Source: Spirochaetota bacterium (lineage in GTDB: Bacteria > Spirochaetota > Spirochaetia > Treponematales > Treponemataceae). Taken from it: DNA of 35,508 bases. Position numbers and translations under genes: made by a program. The DNA lies in NCBI GenBank assembly GCA_029571425.1, contig JAKPSR010000423.1:1-35508 (forward strand), read 5' to 3'. The notes below the pieces were generated by a model, which worked only from the letters and a program-made list of their open reading frames with translations, made no database searches and was not told the DNA's origin. Shown piece by piece: positions 10,777 to 20,545 of this stretch (position 1 is the stretch's first letter; each line of letters begins with the position of its first letter).

Positions 10777-11504
10777 GCGAGCCCTCCGTTAACCGAAATT
10801 ACCTGCCTCGTGATGTACGCCGCCGAGTCGGACAGGAGGAACACGACGAGGTCGGCGACTTCCTCGGCGCGGCCGACGCGGGCAAGGGGAATTTGCGGGA
10901 GTATCATGTCGAGCGGGGCGTCCTTGATCATCTCGGTCTCGATGACGCCCGGCGCGACGCAGTTTACCGTGATCTGGCGCTTACCGAGTTCCACGGCGAG
11001 CGCTTTCGTCGCGCCGATGATCCCGGCCTTGGACGCCGAGTAGTTTACCTGCCCCCGGTTCCCGATGATCCCGGAAACCGAGGCCATCGTGACGATGCGC
11101 CCGGGAGCGCGGGCGCGCACCATCGGCATCACGGCGGGATGGATGACGTTGAAAAAACCGTCGAGGTTGGTGTGGATAACCGAGTCCCAGTCCTCGTCCG
11201 TAAGGGCGGGGAAGGCGTTGTCGCGGGTGATCCCGGCGTTGCAGACGATGCCGTAGTACGCCCCGTTCGCTTCTATGTCCGCCTCGATCGCCTGCCTCGC
11301 GGCGGCGCGGTCGGTCACGTCAAACCGCATCAGCGCGGCGCGCGAGCCCATGGCCTCGATGGCGGCGACGCCCTCGCGGGCAGCGGCCTCGTTCGCGTTA
11401 TAATGCACGACGACTTCGTAGCCCGCCTTACCGGCGGCGAGGGCGATCGCCCTGCCAATGCCTCGGCTGGCGCCGGTAATCAATACGCGTCTCGCGTCAG
11501 CCAT
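10773..11504 (-). CDS. fabG: 3-oxoacyl-ACP reductase (ApeQ-like, FabG family)
   Basis: TGASRGIG, CNAGITRD and YSASK SDR motifs. Confidence 0.93.
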   Translation of the reverse strand: MADARRVLITGASRGIGRAIALAAGKAGYEVVVHYNANEAAAREGVAAIEAMGSRAALMRFDVTDRAAARQAIEADIEANGAYYGIVCNAGITRDNAFPALTDEDWDSVIHTNLDGFFNVIHPAVMPMVRARAPGRIVTMASVSGIIGNRGQVNYSASKAGIIGATKALAVELGKRQITVNCVAPGVIETEMIKDAPLDMILPQIPLARVGRAEEVADLVVFLLSDSAAYITRQVISVNGGLA

Positions 11505-11961
11505 CGATAAGACCTCCCTGGATAACCGCCTCGTCGACCTCGATCGCGTTGACGACGGCCGTCGTTAGAACGCGCCCAAGCCGCGACACCGCGCAGTCGA
11601 AGGAGACCACGTTCCCGTCGCGGAATATCTGCGCGACATCGACGCGGAGCGTCTCTCCTGCCCGGTACGCGGGAACCTCGGTTTGGAAGGCGCGCACGCT
11701 CATAATGAAGCCGATCTTCGGCTCGCCACCGCACAGCCTGGAATTAACCCCCGAGAGCGCGGCGATCGACTGAGCCATGTACTCAAAGCCGACCCACGCG
11801 GGAACTCCGCCAAGGTCGGCGTCGTAGAAAAGACCGTCCTGGGCCGTATCGACTTCCGCGGCGAGACGACAGTCCTCGAGGTCGTGGTCGACTATTCGGT
11901 CGAGGAGGAGCATGGTTCCTTTATGCGGAAGATATTGCTCGATCTCGGGACGTGCGATCAT
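11497..11961 (-). CDS. Hotdog-fold 3-hydroxyacyl-ACP dehydratase partner (ApeP-like)
   Basis: LPHKGTMLLLD and VPAWVGFEYMAQ motifs, located between KS and KR. Confidence 0.88.
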   Translation of the reverse strand: MIARPEIEQYLPHKGTMLLLDRIVDHDLEDCRLAAEVDTAQDGLFYDADLGGVPAWVGFEYMAQSIAALSGVNSRLCGGEPKIGFIMSVRAFQTEVPAYRAGETLRVDVAQIFRDGNVVSFDCAVSRLGRVLTTAVVNAIEVDEAVIQGGLIDG

Positions 11962-11969
11962 AGTAGTTC

Positions 11970-11998
11970 AATATACCCGTTTTTCAGACCTCTCGCAA
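11970..11998 (-). promoter_or_regulatory. Internal sigma70 promoter, near-leaderless, for apeP-apeQ-apeR-accD-accA
   Basis: The minus strand reads TTGCGA-N17-TATATT, then 8 nt to ATG 11961, with no SD, in an AT-rich intergenic gap. Confidence 0.6.
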
Positions 11999-12014
11999 GA
12001 AGGAGCAAAGCCCG

Positions 12015-13199
12015 TCAGCGGCGGCCGATGGCGAGGCTTACGTTGCACCCGCCGAAGGCGAATGAATTGCTTACGCAGGTCTCAAGGCGGGAAACCGACC
12101 GCGGCGCGTCTACGATATCCAACGCGGGGATGGCGGGATCGCGGATTCCGTCCCATATCTGGACAGGAAGGTTGCGATCCGCGTTGCGGGACGAAAGGGC
12201 AAGCCAGCAAATCGCGAGTTCGATAGCCCCGGCCGCGCCAAGGGTGTGCCCGGTCAAGGATTTGGTCGAGCTCGCCGGCACCCCGCGCGGGAAAACCCGG
12301 GCAGTGGCTTTCGCCTCCATCGCGTCGTTTAGCTCGGTTCCCGTGCCGTGAAGGTTAACGTAATCAACGTCCTCGGGCTCGAGCCCGGCGTCCGCAAGCG
12401 CAAGGGACATGGCGCGGGCGGCCCCTATCCCTTCGGGATGGGGAGCCGTCATATGCGAGGCATCCGCGCTCTCGCCGACACCAAGAAGCTCGATCGTCGC
12501 GTCGGACAAAGGATCGCGACTCATCACGAAAACGGCCGCGCCCTCGCCGAGGGAGATGCCGCGCCTATTGATGCTAAAAGGAAGACAGGGATCAGGTGAG
12601 ACCGCCTCCAGAGAGGCGAATCCAAGGGCTACCGCGGCCGAAACGATGTCCGCGCCGCCGACGATCGCGGCGTCGCAGAGTCCCGCGCGGATCATGTTTC
12701 GCGCGCTCGCGATCGCGCTCGCGCTCGAGGCGCAAGCGGTCGAAAAGGATACGGCGGGGCCAAAGGCCCCGGTCCGATACCGCGCGAAACGGGCAGGCAG
12801 GTCGGCGCGCTGCGCGGCCAGGGCGTAACCCGGGGGAAAGGCTCCTGCCGAAAGCCGGGCGCGCAGGGCCTCAAGAGAGGTCTCGGAACCGTTATCGCAG
12901 GAACCGATAAGACAGGCGACCCGTTCGGCCCCATAGCGCCTGATCGCAGCGTCGCTGACGCTTTTAACCTCGTCGAGCGCGACGGCGAGGATGGCGTTTA
13001 CCCTATTTTCGAATTCCGGAGGAAGGTCTCGCACATACAGTTCGCGCGGAACGCGCCCAAGCCAAAAGGATTGACCCATGACCTCGTCACGAACCAAACC
13101 CCGGCCCGTTGGCGCGGATACCGCCCGCCACGTCGCGTCCTTACCCGCGCCCAGGGCGGAGATCACTCCCACGTCGCTCAAGAACACCGCGTCACTCAT
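12015..13199 (-). CDS. Beta-ketoacyl-ACP synthase (ApeO-like; start moved to MSDAVF at 13199)
   Basis: STACASS / NLHGTGT / TGHTLGA triad and SNSFAFGGCN. GGAGG RBS before 13199. Confidence 0.92.
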   Translation of the reverse strand: MSDAVFLSDVGVISALGAGKDATWRAVSAPTGRGLVRDEVMGQSFWLGRVPRELYVRDLPPEFENRVNAILAVALDEVKSVSDAAIRRYGAERVACLIGSCDNGSETSLEALRARLSAGAFPPGYALAAQRADLPARFARYRTGAFGPAVSFSTACASSASAIASARNMIRAGLCDAAIVGGADIVSAAVALGFASLEAVSPDPCLPFSINRRGISLGEGAAVFVMSRDPLSDATIELLGVGESADASHMTAPHPEGIGAARAMSLALADAGLEPEDVDYVNLHGTGTELNDAMEAKATARVFPRGVPASSTKSLTGHTLGAAGAIELAICWLALSSRNADRNLPVQIWDGIRDPAIPALDIVDAPRSVSRLETCVSNSFAFGGCNVSLAIGRR

Positions 13200-13794
13200 C
13201 GGCCCCTCCATACGCGATATCGTAGGCATACCCGCGGAGCCTGTTCTCGTACCGAAGCCCGTCGGCCCGCTTTTCGATATGCGCGACGACTCCCTCGGGC
13301 GAAACAATCTCGCGCACGGTCAAGTCACCCGAGACCGTCTCGACGACCTCGAGCCCAACGGGGGCGAGCGAGCGGGCGAGGGCGTCAACTCGGTAATAGC
13401 TCAGCTGAAAATCGGCGATAACGTACGCGGCGGGCAAGCCGCCCGCGATAGCTGGCCCCGATGAGGAAAGCCCGCTCGCGTCGTACACGAGGCGCGCCAT
13501 CTCGGATCCGAGATCGTTGAGGACGAGAAAGTCAATCCCGCCTGAGTCAGCCTTCACGTATACCAGAAACGAGAACGAGCGATCGCCGTACACCCCATCG
13601 ATTCGCTGCGGCATATCAACGGCCCCGTCCATATCGGCGGGCGGCAAAAGGTCAAAACGTGCCTTGTTCGTGAGGAACACCGGATCGGGGCGCTTCGCGC
13701 GCGGGGCTCCCGCGCAGGACGCAAGGAGGCACAGTAAGACGCACAGCGGAGCGGCGAAACGCGAGACGTTCTTCCTCTTCATGTGATCGAACAT
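13192..13794 (-). CDS. DUF3261-type lipoprotein (ApeN-like; start 13794 or 13782)
   Basis: Basic N-terminus and LLCLLASC lipobox, YVIADFQLSY motif, position between MMPL and KS. Confidence 0.75.
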   Translation of the reverse strand: MFDHMKRKNVSRFAAPLCVLLCLLASCAGAPRAKRPDPVFLTNKARFDLLPPADMDGAVDMPQRIDGVYGDRSFSFLVYVKADSGGIDFLVLNDLGSEMARLVYDASGLSSSGPAIAGGLPAAYVIADFQLSYYRVDALARSLAPVGLEVVETVSGDLTVREIVSPEGVVAHIEKRADGLRYENRLRGYAYDIAYGGADE

Positions 13795-13799
13795 ATCGT

Positions 13800-16208
13800 T
13801 TATCCCTTGGCGCCGCAAGAGGCGCGCCCGGCGAAGAGAGGGGCAAGCGCGAACGAGAGCGCGACCCCGAGAAACACGGTCGCCCCGAAGGTATGCACCG
13901 GCGCGAGCGAGCTGAAGGACAGGAACCCAAAGGAAAGCACCGTCGTGAGCATCGAAAGAAGCACGGCCAGCATCGTGACCGGAGGATGAGTCGTCCCCTC
14001 GGAAAGGAAGATCGCGTAGTCGATCCCGATGCCCATCGTCATCACGATGCCCATCACGGAAAAAAGGTTTAGCGGCTCGCATAAAAACCCAAGCGCGGAA
14101 ACGGTAAGCAGGGCCGCCGAAACGGGCGCGAGGGATATCCTGATTGCGCGAGCGATCCCATAGATCGGCGTAAGCAGGGCCAAAATCACGAGATACGATA
14201 GGGCAAGAAGCGCGAGACTTACGGCGGAAATTCTGCCAAGGGTCGCGCTGATGTCTCCTGTCTTGTCAACGAAGTACGTGCCCGAAGCCGGATCCGCAAG
14301 CCGGCGAAATGACTCTTTGTCCGTAGCGCGCAGGGGCATGACGGCGGAGTACCACCGTCCGTCGATCTCGCCGATCCAAAACGTGGAGATCGAGCGGGAG
14401 AATGGCTCGGCGAGAAGGATCTCTGGCTTAAGCGGGTTCGCTGCGCTTCGGGCGAAATCGGCCTCGAGTCGGGCAAGCTCCGCAGGACCGAAACCGAGGG
14501 CGGCGAGCTGGTCGCGCGCGCGCGGCATGAGCTCGCGGGAAATAAGGCCCGAGAGCTTCCGTTGCCGCTCGACGGACGGAAGAAAGCGGGTCGTTCCGAG
14601 AAAGGCGCCGAGCCGCCCGGCGGAAACCTCTGTCGCGAGCCGCGCGGACAGCGATTCCTCCGCGCGAAGGACGCCCTCCGCGCTTTCGCCCGAGACGATG
14701 TAGTACCAGCCCGAGGAACCGTGCCTAAGCACGCGCGCGGCGATCGCCTCCGAGTCGCGCATCGCGGCGGACATCGTGTAGAGGCCGCGCACGTCGTTGT
14801 CGACGCGAACGCGAAGAAACCCCGGCAAGGCGGCGGCAACAAGGGCAAAGGCGACAAGGAGCTTAACGCGAAGCGGAGCGCGGGCGAAACGCCCGGCCAT
14901 CGATAGCACGAAGGACGGAAGCCGAAGAGGAAGGGTCGCGTCGGCCTTTCGCGGAGCCGGAACGCGGGGGAAAACGAAGACAACTGCGGAAAAAACGCTT
15001 ACGAGCCCCACAGTCGAAAACAGCGCCATTTGACGAAGCAGGGGAAAGGGCACGATGAAAAGAACTGCGTAGCTCACCAGGGTGGTCGCGAGCCCAAGCC
15101 ACACGCCCCTGATAACGCGCGAGCGCACCGCGAGCCCGTTTACCGTCGGGCCAAGACTCGCGCGCTCGGTAAAGAAGTGAAGGGCGTAGTCGACGCTCAC
15201 CCCGATAAGGCTCGTGCCGAAGGCGAGCGTCAGAACATGCACCTCGCCGAACGCGAGCAAGGTCGCCGCGAAAGCCTCCGCCGCGCCGATCGCGATAGCG
15301 AGGACGGTTGCGAGAAGGGGCGTCGGCGACCGATACACGAGGACGAGGAGAAGGATCGTCGCGACGAGCGAGGCGACGCTGATCATGGCGATCTCTCGCT
15401 GCGTTTCGCGCGTGCTCTCGAAACTATGGAAAGGGACGCCGGAATTCGCGAACCTAACGCCGGGGGTGGCCGCGGAAAGGCGCTTCTCGGCGTCGAGGAT
15501 TCGGGCAACCACGTGGCCGTCGACGTCGAGGGATGACGCGGCCTGCGGGGCGGATACGGAGATGAGGACATAGTGAATGCCCCCGTCCTCGGCGGCGAGG
15601 ACGCCGTCCCGCGGTGCGATCGCCAGTCCGCCGAGCAGGGCAGAACTCGCAAGTGATGAAAAGCTCGCCTCGGTCAGCAGAAAGGGATCTTCGTCGAGGC
15701 GCGAGAGGGAAGAAAGAGTGAAAGGACTGAAGGCGGTCGCGAGCGCCTCCTCGGCCATGGCGGCCCCTTCACCCCGCTCGAGTCGGGCGATCGTCTCGTC
15801 GCCCTGGATCGCGTATCGGTAACGGAATAGAAAGTCGCGGGCATCGTCGAGATATCCCGAGCCAACCTCGCAGGTCGCCTCATCAACGCCGGGGAAGCCG
15901 GATATCGCATCGACGAGCTCGACGGCGAGCTTTCGCGCTTCGGCGAAATCCGCGTGCCCGACCAGGACGTATAGGCCGGAATTCATCCGCGCCGCGAGGG
16001 CCCGTTCCGCGTCGGCGACGGCTTTCGACGGGCTCGTCGGCGGAAGGATCGAGAAAAGGTCCGGGTCGATCTTAACGGGACGCGCCGCGAAGGCGATGAC
16101 GAGCAACAAAACATGGGCAACGGCCCAAAGAATGGGGACCAGCCAGGTCGGACGTCGCGTCATGCCGCTCGACGCGCGCTCATCGGTCGGAGAAGAGTTT
16201 TCGCTCAT
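13800..16208 (-). CDS. MMPL/RND-like exporter (ApeM-like; start 16208 or 16163)
   Basis: About 800 aa with two TM clusters, HVLTLAFGTSLIGVSVDYALH and MGIGIDYAIF motifs. Confidence 0.9.
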   Translation of the reverse strand: MSENSSPTDERASSGMTRRPTWLVPILWAVAHVLLLVIAFAARPVKIDPDLFSILPPTSPSKAVADAERALAARMNSGLYVLVGHADFAEARKLAVELVDAISGFPGVDEATCEVGSGYLDDARDFLFRYRYAIQGDETIARLERGEGAAMAEEALATAFSPFTLSSLSRLDEDPFLLTEASFSSLASSALLGGLAIAPRDGVLAAEDGGIHYVLISVSAPQAASSLDVDGHVVARILDAEKRLSAATPGVRFANSGVPFHSFESTRETQREIAMISVASLVATILLLVLVYRSPTPLLATVLAIAIGAAEAFAATLLAFGEVHVLTLAFGTSLIGVSVDYALHFFTERASLGPTVNGLAVRSRVIRGVWLGLATTLVSYAVLFIVPFPLLRQMALFSTVGLVSVFSAVVFVFPRVPAPRKADATLPLRLPSFVLSMAGRFARAPLRVKLLVAFALVAAALPGFLRVRVDNDVRGLYTMSAAMRDSEAIAARVLRHGSSGWYYIVSGESAEGVLRAEESLSARLATEVSAGRLGAFLGTTRFLPSVERQRKLSGLISRELMPRARDQLAALGFGPAELARLEADFARSAANPLKPEILLAEPFSRSISTFWIGEIDGRWYSAVMPLRATDKESFRRLADPASGTYFVDKTGDISATLGRISAVSLALLALSYLVILALLTPIYGIARAIRISLAPVSAALLTVSALGFLCEPLNLFSVMGIVMTMGIGIDYAIFLSEGTTHPPVTMLAVLLSMLTTVLSFGFLSFSSLAPVHTFGATVFLGVALSFALAPLFAGRASCGAKG

Positions 16209-16854
16209 CGTCTGTAAGGGCCTCCGAGAAGGAATGGTCTGCAAAGCGATAGGTCACCGTGTCGCCCGATGGCTCGAGAAGGACGAAACCCTCGACGTTC
16301 GCCTTGCCCGACAGCCGCATCGACGAGATAGCTTGCTTGATCGTGGCATCCTTCGGGATGAGCCCGAGCTCCCAGGCCCCGTCGGGCCCTGATACGAAGA
16401 AAACCTCGAATCGGGCGAAGAGCGCGTCGACGTCGCCGGAGAACACCGAGCGAATCGTGTCCGCGAACTGTTGAAAGGAGGGGTTCTCGCGCGCGTCGAT
16501 TACCGATTTCTTCCCCTGCCCGGAGGTTTGGACGATGCGGGAATCTGTCAGGGCCATTGCCGAAGGGAAGGGCTTACGGGTATCCCAGAGCATCCCGTCC
16601 GCGCGCGAAAGGGCGAAGCGACCGGACGACACGAGGGAACGGCCGAGCTTCTTGATCTCGCGGCGCTGGGTGAAACTACCGCGCATCACGGGCGAGCGCG
16701 ACAGGGCCGCGCACGATCGCTCGAGCTCGGCGCGCGAATCGCCGGTCGCCGGCTTAGAGAACACGTCCGATTGCGCAAAGACAGCCGGCGCGGCGAAGGA
16801 CCCGAAAACGAAAAACGCGGCGACGACAAGCAGTCGCGGGGCCTTAGCGCGCAT
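16180..16854 (-). CDS. LolA-like outer membrane lipoprotein carrier (ApeL-like)
   Basis: Signal peptide (VFA-Q) and RGSFTQRREIKKLGRSLVSSGRF..GMLWDTRKPF motif. Confidence 0.85.
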   Translation of the reverse strand: MRAKAPRLLVVAAFFVFGSFAAPAVFAQSDVFSKPATGDSRAELERSCAALSRSPVMRGSFTQRREIKKLGRSLVSSGRFALSRADGMLWDTRKPFPSAMALTDSRIVQTSGQGKKSVIDARENPSFQQFADTIRSVFSGDVDALFARFEVFFVSGPDGAWELGLIPKDATIKQAISSMRLSGKANVEGFVLLEPSGDTVTYRFADHSFSEALTDDERKLFSDR

Positions 16855-17287
16855 CGCGCGCCTCCCCGCCAGAGAGCATGGCTTCCACCCGCTCGACGAG
16901 GCAAGGCGGCGACACGAAGAGGCTCTCCCGCGTGCTGATGTTTACCGCCATCTGCGTACTCTCCCCTTTCGTCGTCAGCGACCCGGTTTCCGCGTCGAAA
17001 ATTCGGTACGAAATGCGTAATCGATTCTCGTACTCAAGAAGGGTTGCCTCGATCCGCGCGCGCTGGCGGAAGACGAGGGGTCTCGCGTACTTAATGCGCA
17101 TGTCGACGACCGGCCACGCATACCCGCTTTTTTCCATTTCTATGTAGCCGTAGCCGATGCGCTCGAGGAGGGCGCAGCGCCCGACCTCGAAGAACTTCGC
17201 GTAGTTTCCGTGCCACACGACCTGCATCGAGTCTACGTCGTAGAACTCGACGGTGAACTCAGTCGAGACGACGATCTTACCGCTCAT
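16844..17287 (-). CDS. Acyl-CoA thioesterase, 4HBT family (ApeK-like; start moved to MSGKIV at 17287)
   Basis: VEFYDVDSMQVVWHGNYAKFFE motif. ATG overlaps the ammonia-lyase stop (ATGA). Confidence 0.9.
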   Translation of the reverse strand: MSGKIVVSTEFTVEFYDVDSMQVVWHGNYAKFFEVGRCALLERIGYGYIEMEKSGYAWPVVDMRIKYARPLVFRQRARIEATLLEYENRLRISYRIFDAETGSLTTKGESTQMAVNISTRESLFVSPPCLVERVEAMLSGGEARDAR

Positions 17288-18816
17288 GGGCGAACCCCCC
17301 AGAACCGGTCGCGGATCCGCGCGAGCGTCGCGCGGAGGTCGCCCTCGAGGGGCCGATCCGCGGCGAGGAACTCGAAATTCTGGCTGACCTGGTCGACCAA
17401 GTCGCGCACGTTCGCGACCTTCGCGTCCGCGACGACGCCCGTCTTGACGCGAATCCGCAGCGCCTGCACGTTCGCGAGGAGGCATGCGGCGGCGACCTGC
17501 TCGGAAAGCTCCAGGACGCGAACGCAATCGCGCGCGGCGATCGTTCCCATGCTCACCTTGTCCTGGTTATGGCACTCGGTCGAGCGCGAGAAGACGCTCG
17601 CCGGCATCGTCCCCTTCAGCGCCTCCGCCGTCCACGAGGAAACGGCAATCTGGACGGCCTTGAAGCCGTGGTTGAACGAGAAGCCTTCCTCGCTTCCCGA
17701 AAGGTTCGGAGGGAGACCGCGGTTAAACTTCTCGTCGACGACCGCCGCGAGCTGACGGTCAAGAAGGTCGGCGACGTTTGCCACGATGTTCTTCAGCGAG
17801 TCCATCGCGAAGGCGATATGCCCGCCGTAAAAATGCCCGCCGTGGAAAACCGATTGCGTCTCGGGATCGACCAGCGGGTTGTCGTTGGCGCTATTCATCT
17901 CGATCTCGATCATCGACCGAATAAGGGGCGCGGCATCGTAGAACACCCCGATGACGTGCGGAGCGCAGCGAATCGAGTAAGCGTCCTGTATACGCTCGGG
18001 AACGACCCCCTCGCGAGCCGCCGGGGCAAGATCCTCGCGAACGCGCCGCGCGGCTTCAGCCTGCCCGGGATGGGGCTTGATCTCGAAAAGCCGCTCATTG
18101 AAATGGTAATCGTTTCCCTTGAGCGCGATCGAGTTCATCGCCGTAATGCGGCACGATAGGTGGCACAGGTACTCCGCGCGCGCGAACGCGAGGCAGGCGA
18201 CCGCGTTCATCACGCCGGTTCCGTTCATCATCGCGATGGCTTCCTTAGGACGGAAAGTAACGAGCGGAAGGCCAAGCTCCGAGAGCACCTCGCGAGACGG
18301 GCGGCGCGCTCCCTTATACAGCACGTCGCGCTCGCCGATCAGGGTCCCGGCGACGTAGGAAAGCGGCGTAAGGTCGCCGCTCGCCCCAACGGAGCCCTCT
18401 TGCGGGATCAGGGGAAGGATATCGTGGACGAGAAGCTGCTCCATCGCCCGAAGGAGGTTCATGCTGACGCCGGAGTACCCGCAAGCGAGGGTGTTCAGGC
18501 GCACAAGCACGATGGCCCGGGTCGTCGGCTCGTCGAAGTATTCTCCCATCCCGCAGCCATGGAAGCGTGTCAGCCTAATCGGAAGCTCATAGAGCCGGTC
18601 GCGTGGCACGGCCTTTCCGCAGGAATCGCCGTAGCCGGTCGTCACCCCGTAAATCCCGCCAAGCCGTTCGATCGACTCGTCAAGGAACCGGGCCCCAGCC
18701 TCGATCTTTTCCGCGAAGGCGGGCGATTGGCTCAACCGCGCATGCTTTCTTCCGTACGCGACGTCCACCACGTCCTCGATGCTCAGCCTCGACTCGCCAA
18801 CAACGACAGTATCCAT
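17284..18816 (-). CDS. MIO-dependent aromatic amino acid ammonia-lyase (HAL/PAL/TAL family)
   Basis: YGVTTGYG, GSVGASGDL (ASG = MIO precursor), QDAYSIRC, NDNP and NQDKVSMG motifs. Confidence 0.93.
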   Translation of the reverse strand: MDTVVVGESRLSIEDVVDVAYGRKHARLSQSPAFAEKIEAGARFLDESIERLGGIYGVTTGYGDSCGKAVPRDRLYELPIRLTRFHGCGMGEYFDEPTTRAIVLVRLNTLACGYSGVSMNLLRAMEQLLVHDILPLIPQEGSVGASGDLTPLSYVAGTLIGERDVLYKGARRPSREVLSELGLPLVTFRPKEAIAMMNGTGVMNAVACLAFARAEYLCHLSCRITAMNSIALKGNDYHFNERLFEIKPHPGQAEAARRVREDLAPAAREGVVPERIQDAYSIRCAPHVIGVFYDAAPLIRSMIEIEMNSANDNPLVDPETQSVFHGGHFYGGHIAFAMDSLKNIVANVADLLDRQLAAVVDEKFNRGLPPNLSGSEEGFSFNHGFKAVQIAVSSWTAEALKGTMPASVFSRSTECHNQDKVSMGTIAARDCVRVLELSEQVAAACLLANVQALRIRVKTGVVADAKVANVRDLVDQVSQNFEFLAADRPLEGDLRATLARIRDRFWGVRP

Positions 18817-18822
18817 TTTTCC

Positions 18823-19800
18823 TTAGCTCCTTTTCGCGTTCGGTATGTCCCAAAAATCGTAGAAGTTGTACCACTGCAGCGGATGCTCGCCGCAAAGGCG
18901 CTCGAGATGCCGGGCGTACTCCTCGATCATCAGCTTTATCTTCTCTCGCCGTTCCTTCCGCGTGCCGGAAAGCTCCGTGCGCGCGCGCGCTACGACGAGA
19001 TCGTAACGAGAAGTCGGGTTCATGTCCTCGACGCGAACGCCGAACATGAAATAGACCGGCGCCTCCAAAAGGCTCGCGAGGACGAAGGCCCCCTGCGGGA
19101 AGGCAGCGTCCGCGCCGAGGAAGGGAACGATCTCCACCTTGTCTCGGTTCGTCGCGGCGGTTCGGTCGCCGGCGATCGCGAGCACCTCGCCCTCGGCGAG
19201 CCTTCGCTGAAGGTCAAGGATGGTGTCAACGCCGATGTCGGCCGCGCTCACCAAACGCAGGGTCGATCCCGGGTCGATCTCGGCGATCAGCCGGTTAAAG
19301 CGCGCGGTGCCCGCGAAATCGACGATCGACGTTACCCCGAATGGGCGCGACACGCGCGTCTTATTGTTCGTCGCGAGGGCTCGAAGGAGCTCCATGTTCC
19401 CCACGTGCGAGCAAATGATGATCGCGCCCCGCCCCGCCTCGAGCCCGTCGATCAGCTCGCCGACGGCGTCGTCATGGAAGTTTATCCGGGTAAGGTCGAG
19501 GTCGTTCGACCAGGCGGCGATCTTCTCGATCATCGAGTAGGCGAAAGAGACGACGTGCCGAAGGTTGTCGAGCGGCCGAGGCGCGGGCTTCCCGTGAAAG
19601 GCGGCGGCACGCCGAAGAAAGTCGCGCGAGACCCGGCGAAGCCGCGGCGCGAACGCGAAGAAGCAAAACACGATCGGGAAAAGGAACACTCTAAGGCCCT
19701 TCGGGCCGAGGGCGCGATACGACCAAAGCACGAACCTCATTTGCCAGAACCCGGACCCGCGCTCGCGCTGGTCCCGCCAGTGCTTGCTTTTACCGGGCAC
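18823..19800 (-). CDS. LpxL/LpxP-like acyltransferase (C-terminal half of ApeJ as a separate gene)
   Basis: HWRDQRERGS start, SHVGNME, GDR, FLG..A.FPQG and PLQWYNFYDFW motifs. Confidence 0.87.
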   Translation of the reverse strand: MPGKSKHWRDQRERGSGFWQMRFVLWSYRALGPKGLRVFLFPIVFCFFAFAPRLRRVSRDFLRRAAAFHGKPAPRPLDNLRHVVSFAYSMIEKIAAWSNDLDLTRINFHDDAVGELIDGLEAGRGAIIICSHVGNMELLRALATNNKTRVSRPFGVTSIVDFAGTARFNRLIAEIDPGSTLRLVSAADIGVDTILDLQRRLAEGEVLAIAGDRTAATNRDKVEIVPFLGADAAFPQGAFVLASLLEAPVYFMFGVRVEDMNPTSRYDLVVARARTELSGTRKERREKIKLMIEEYARHLERLCGEHPLQWYNFYDFWDIPNAKRS

Positions 19801-20545
19801 GAGAGGACACCTTGCGCGCGATGAGCACGGGAAGCCGAGGTATCATCCCGAAGAACAGGCGCGCGTGCTGGGCGCTGATCGCGATGTTGTCCTGAAGCAT
19901 GCGGAAATTGGACACGCCGCCCTCCGGATAGATCACCTTTATCGGCACGAATTGAAGGGCGACGCCCGCCCAGGCGAGCCGGACCAGTATCTCGATGTCG
20001 AAGGTCATGCGTTCCGAAAGCCTTTTCCGGTTCGCGATGGCGAGGGTTTCGCGCAGCGGGTAGAGCCGAAACCCGCACATCGCGTCCTTCACCCCAAAGG
20101 AGAGGGTCTCGATCGCCACCCAAAAATTCGTTACCTTTCGCCCATTTTTGCGCGCGGAAGGGACGCTCTCGTCGTAGACGGGATAGCCGCAGATAGCGTC
20201 GCCGGGGCGAGCGCGCGAAGCGATGAGGAAAGACTCGACGGGACCAAGGTCATGCTGGCCGTCGGCGTCGATCTGAAACGCATGGGTGTAACCACGCGCG
20301 AGCGCGGCGCGAAATCCGGCGAGCACCGCGCCGCCCTTTCCCCTGTTTTCTGGGAGGGTCACGAGCTCGACTTCGGGTATCGCGTCCTTAACCGCCTGTA
20401 TGTCGGCCCGCGTCTCGGCCTCATTCCCATCGTCAACGACGAAGACGGGAAGACCGCGCGCGAGGAGCCCCTCGACGACGGCTCGCAGCGGTTTTCCATG
20501 TCGATATACCGGGATTACGGCACAAGGCTTATATGGTTCGTTCAT
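19790..20545 (-). CDS. Glycosyltransferase family 2 (N-terminal half of ApeJ as a separate gene)
   Basis: VIPVY, VVDDG, NRGKGGA, QIDADGQH and DAMCGFRLYPL motifs. Confidence 0.92.
   Translation of the reverse strand: MNEPYKPCAVIPVYRHGKPLRAVVEGLLARGLPVFVVDDGNEAETRADIQAVKDAIPEVELVTLPENRGKGGAVLAGFRAALARGYTHAFQIDADGQHDLGPVESFLIASRARPGDAICGYPVYDESVPSARKNGRKVTNFWVAIETLSFGVKDAMCGFRLYPLRETLAIANRKRLSERMTFDIEILVRLAWAGVALQFVPIKVIYPEGGVSNFRMLQDNIAISAQHARLFFGMIPRLPVLIARKVSSRAR

Noticed and set aside
17284-18816. Calling the lyase hutH
   Set aside because: No hutUIG genes are nearby, the motif is FH rather than SH, and the gene is embedded in the biosynthetic operon.
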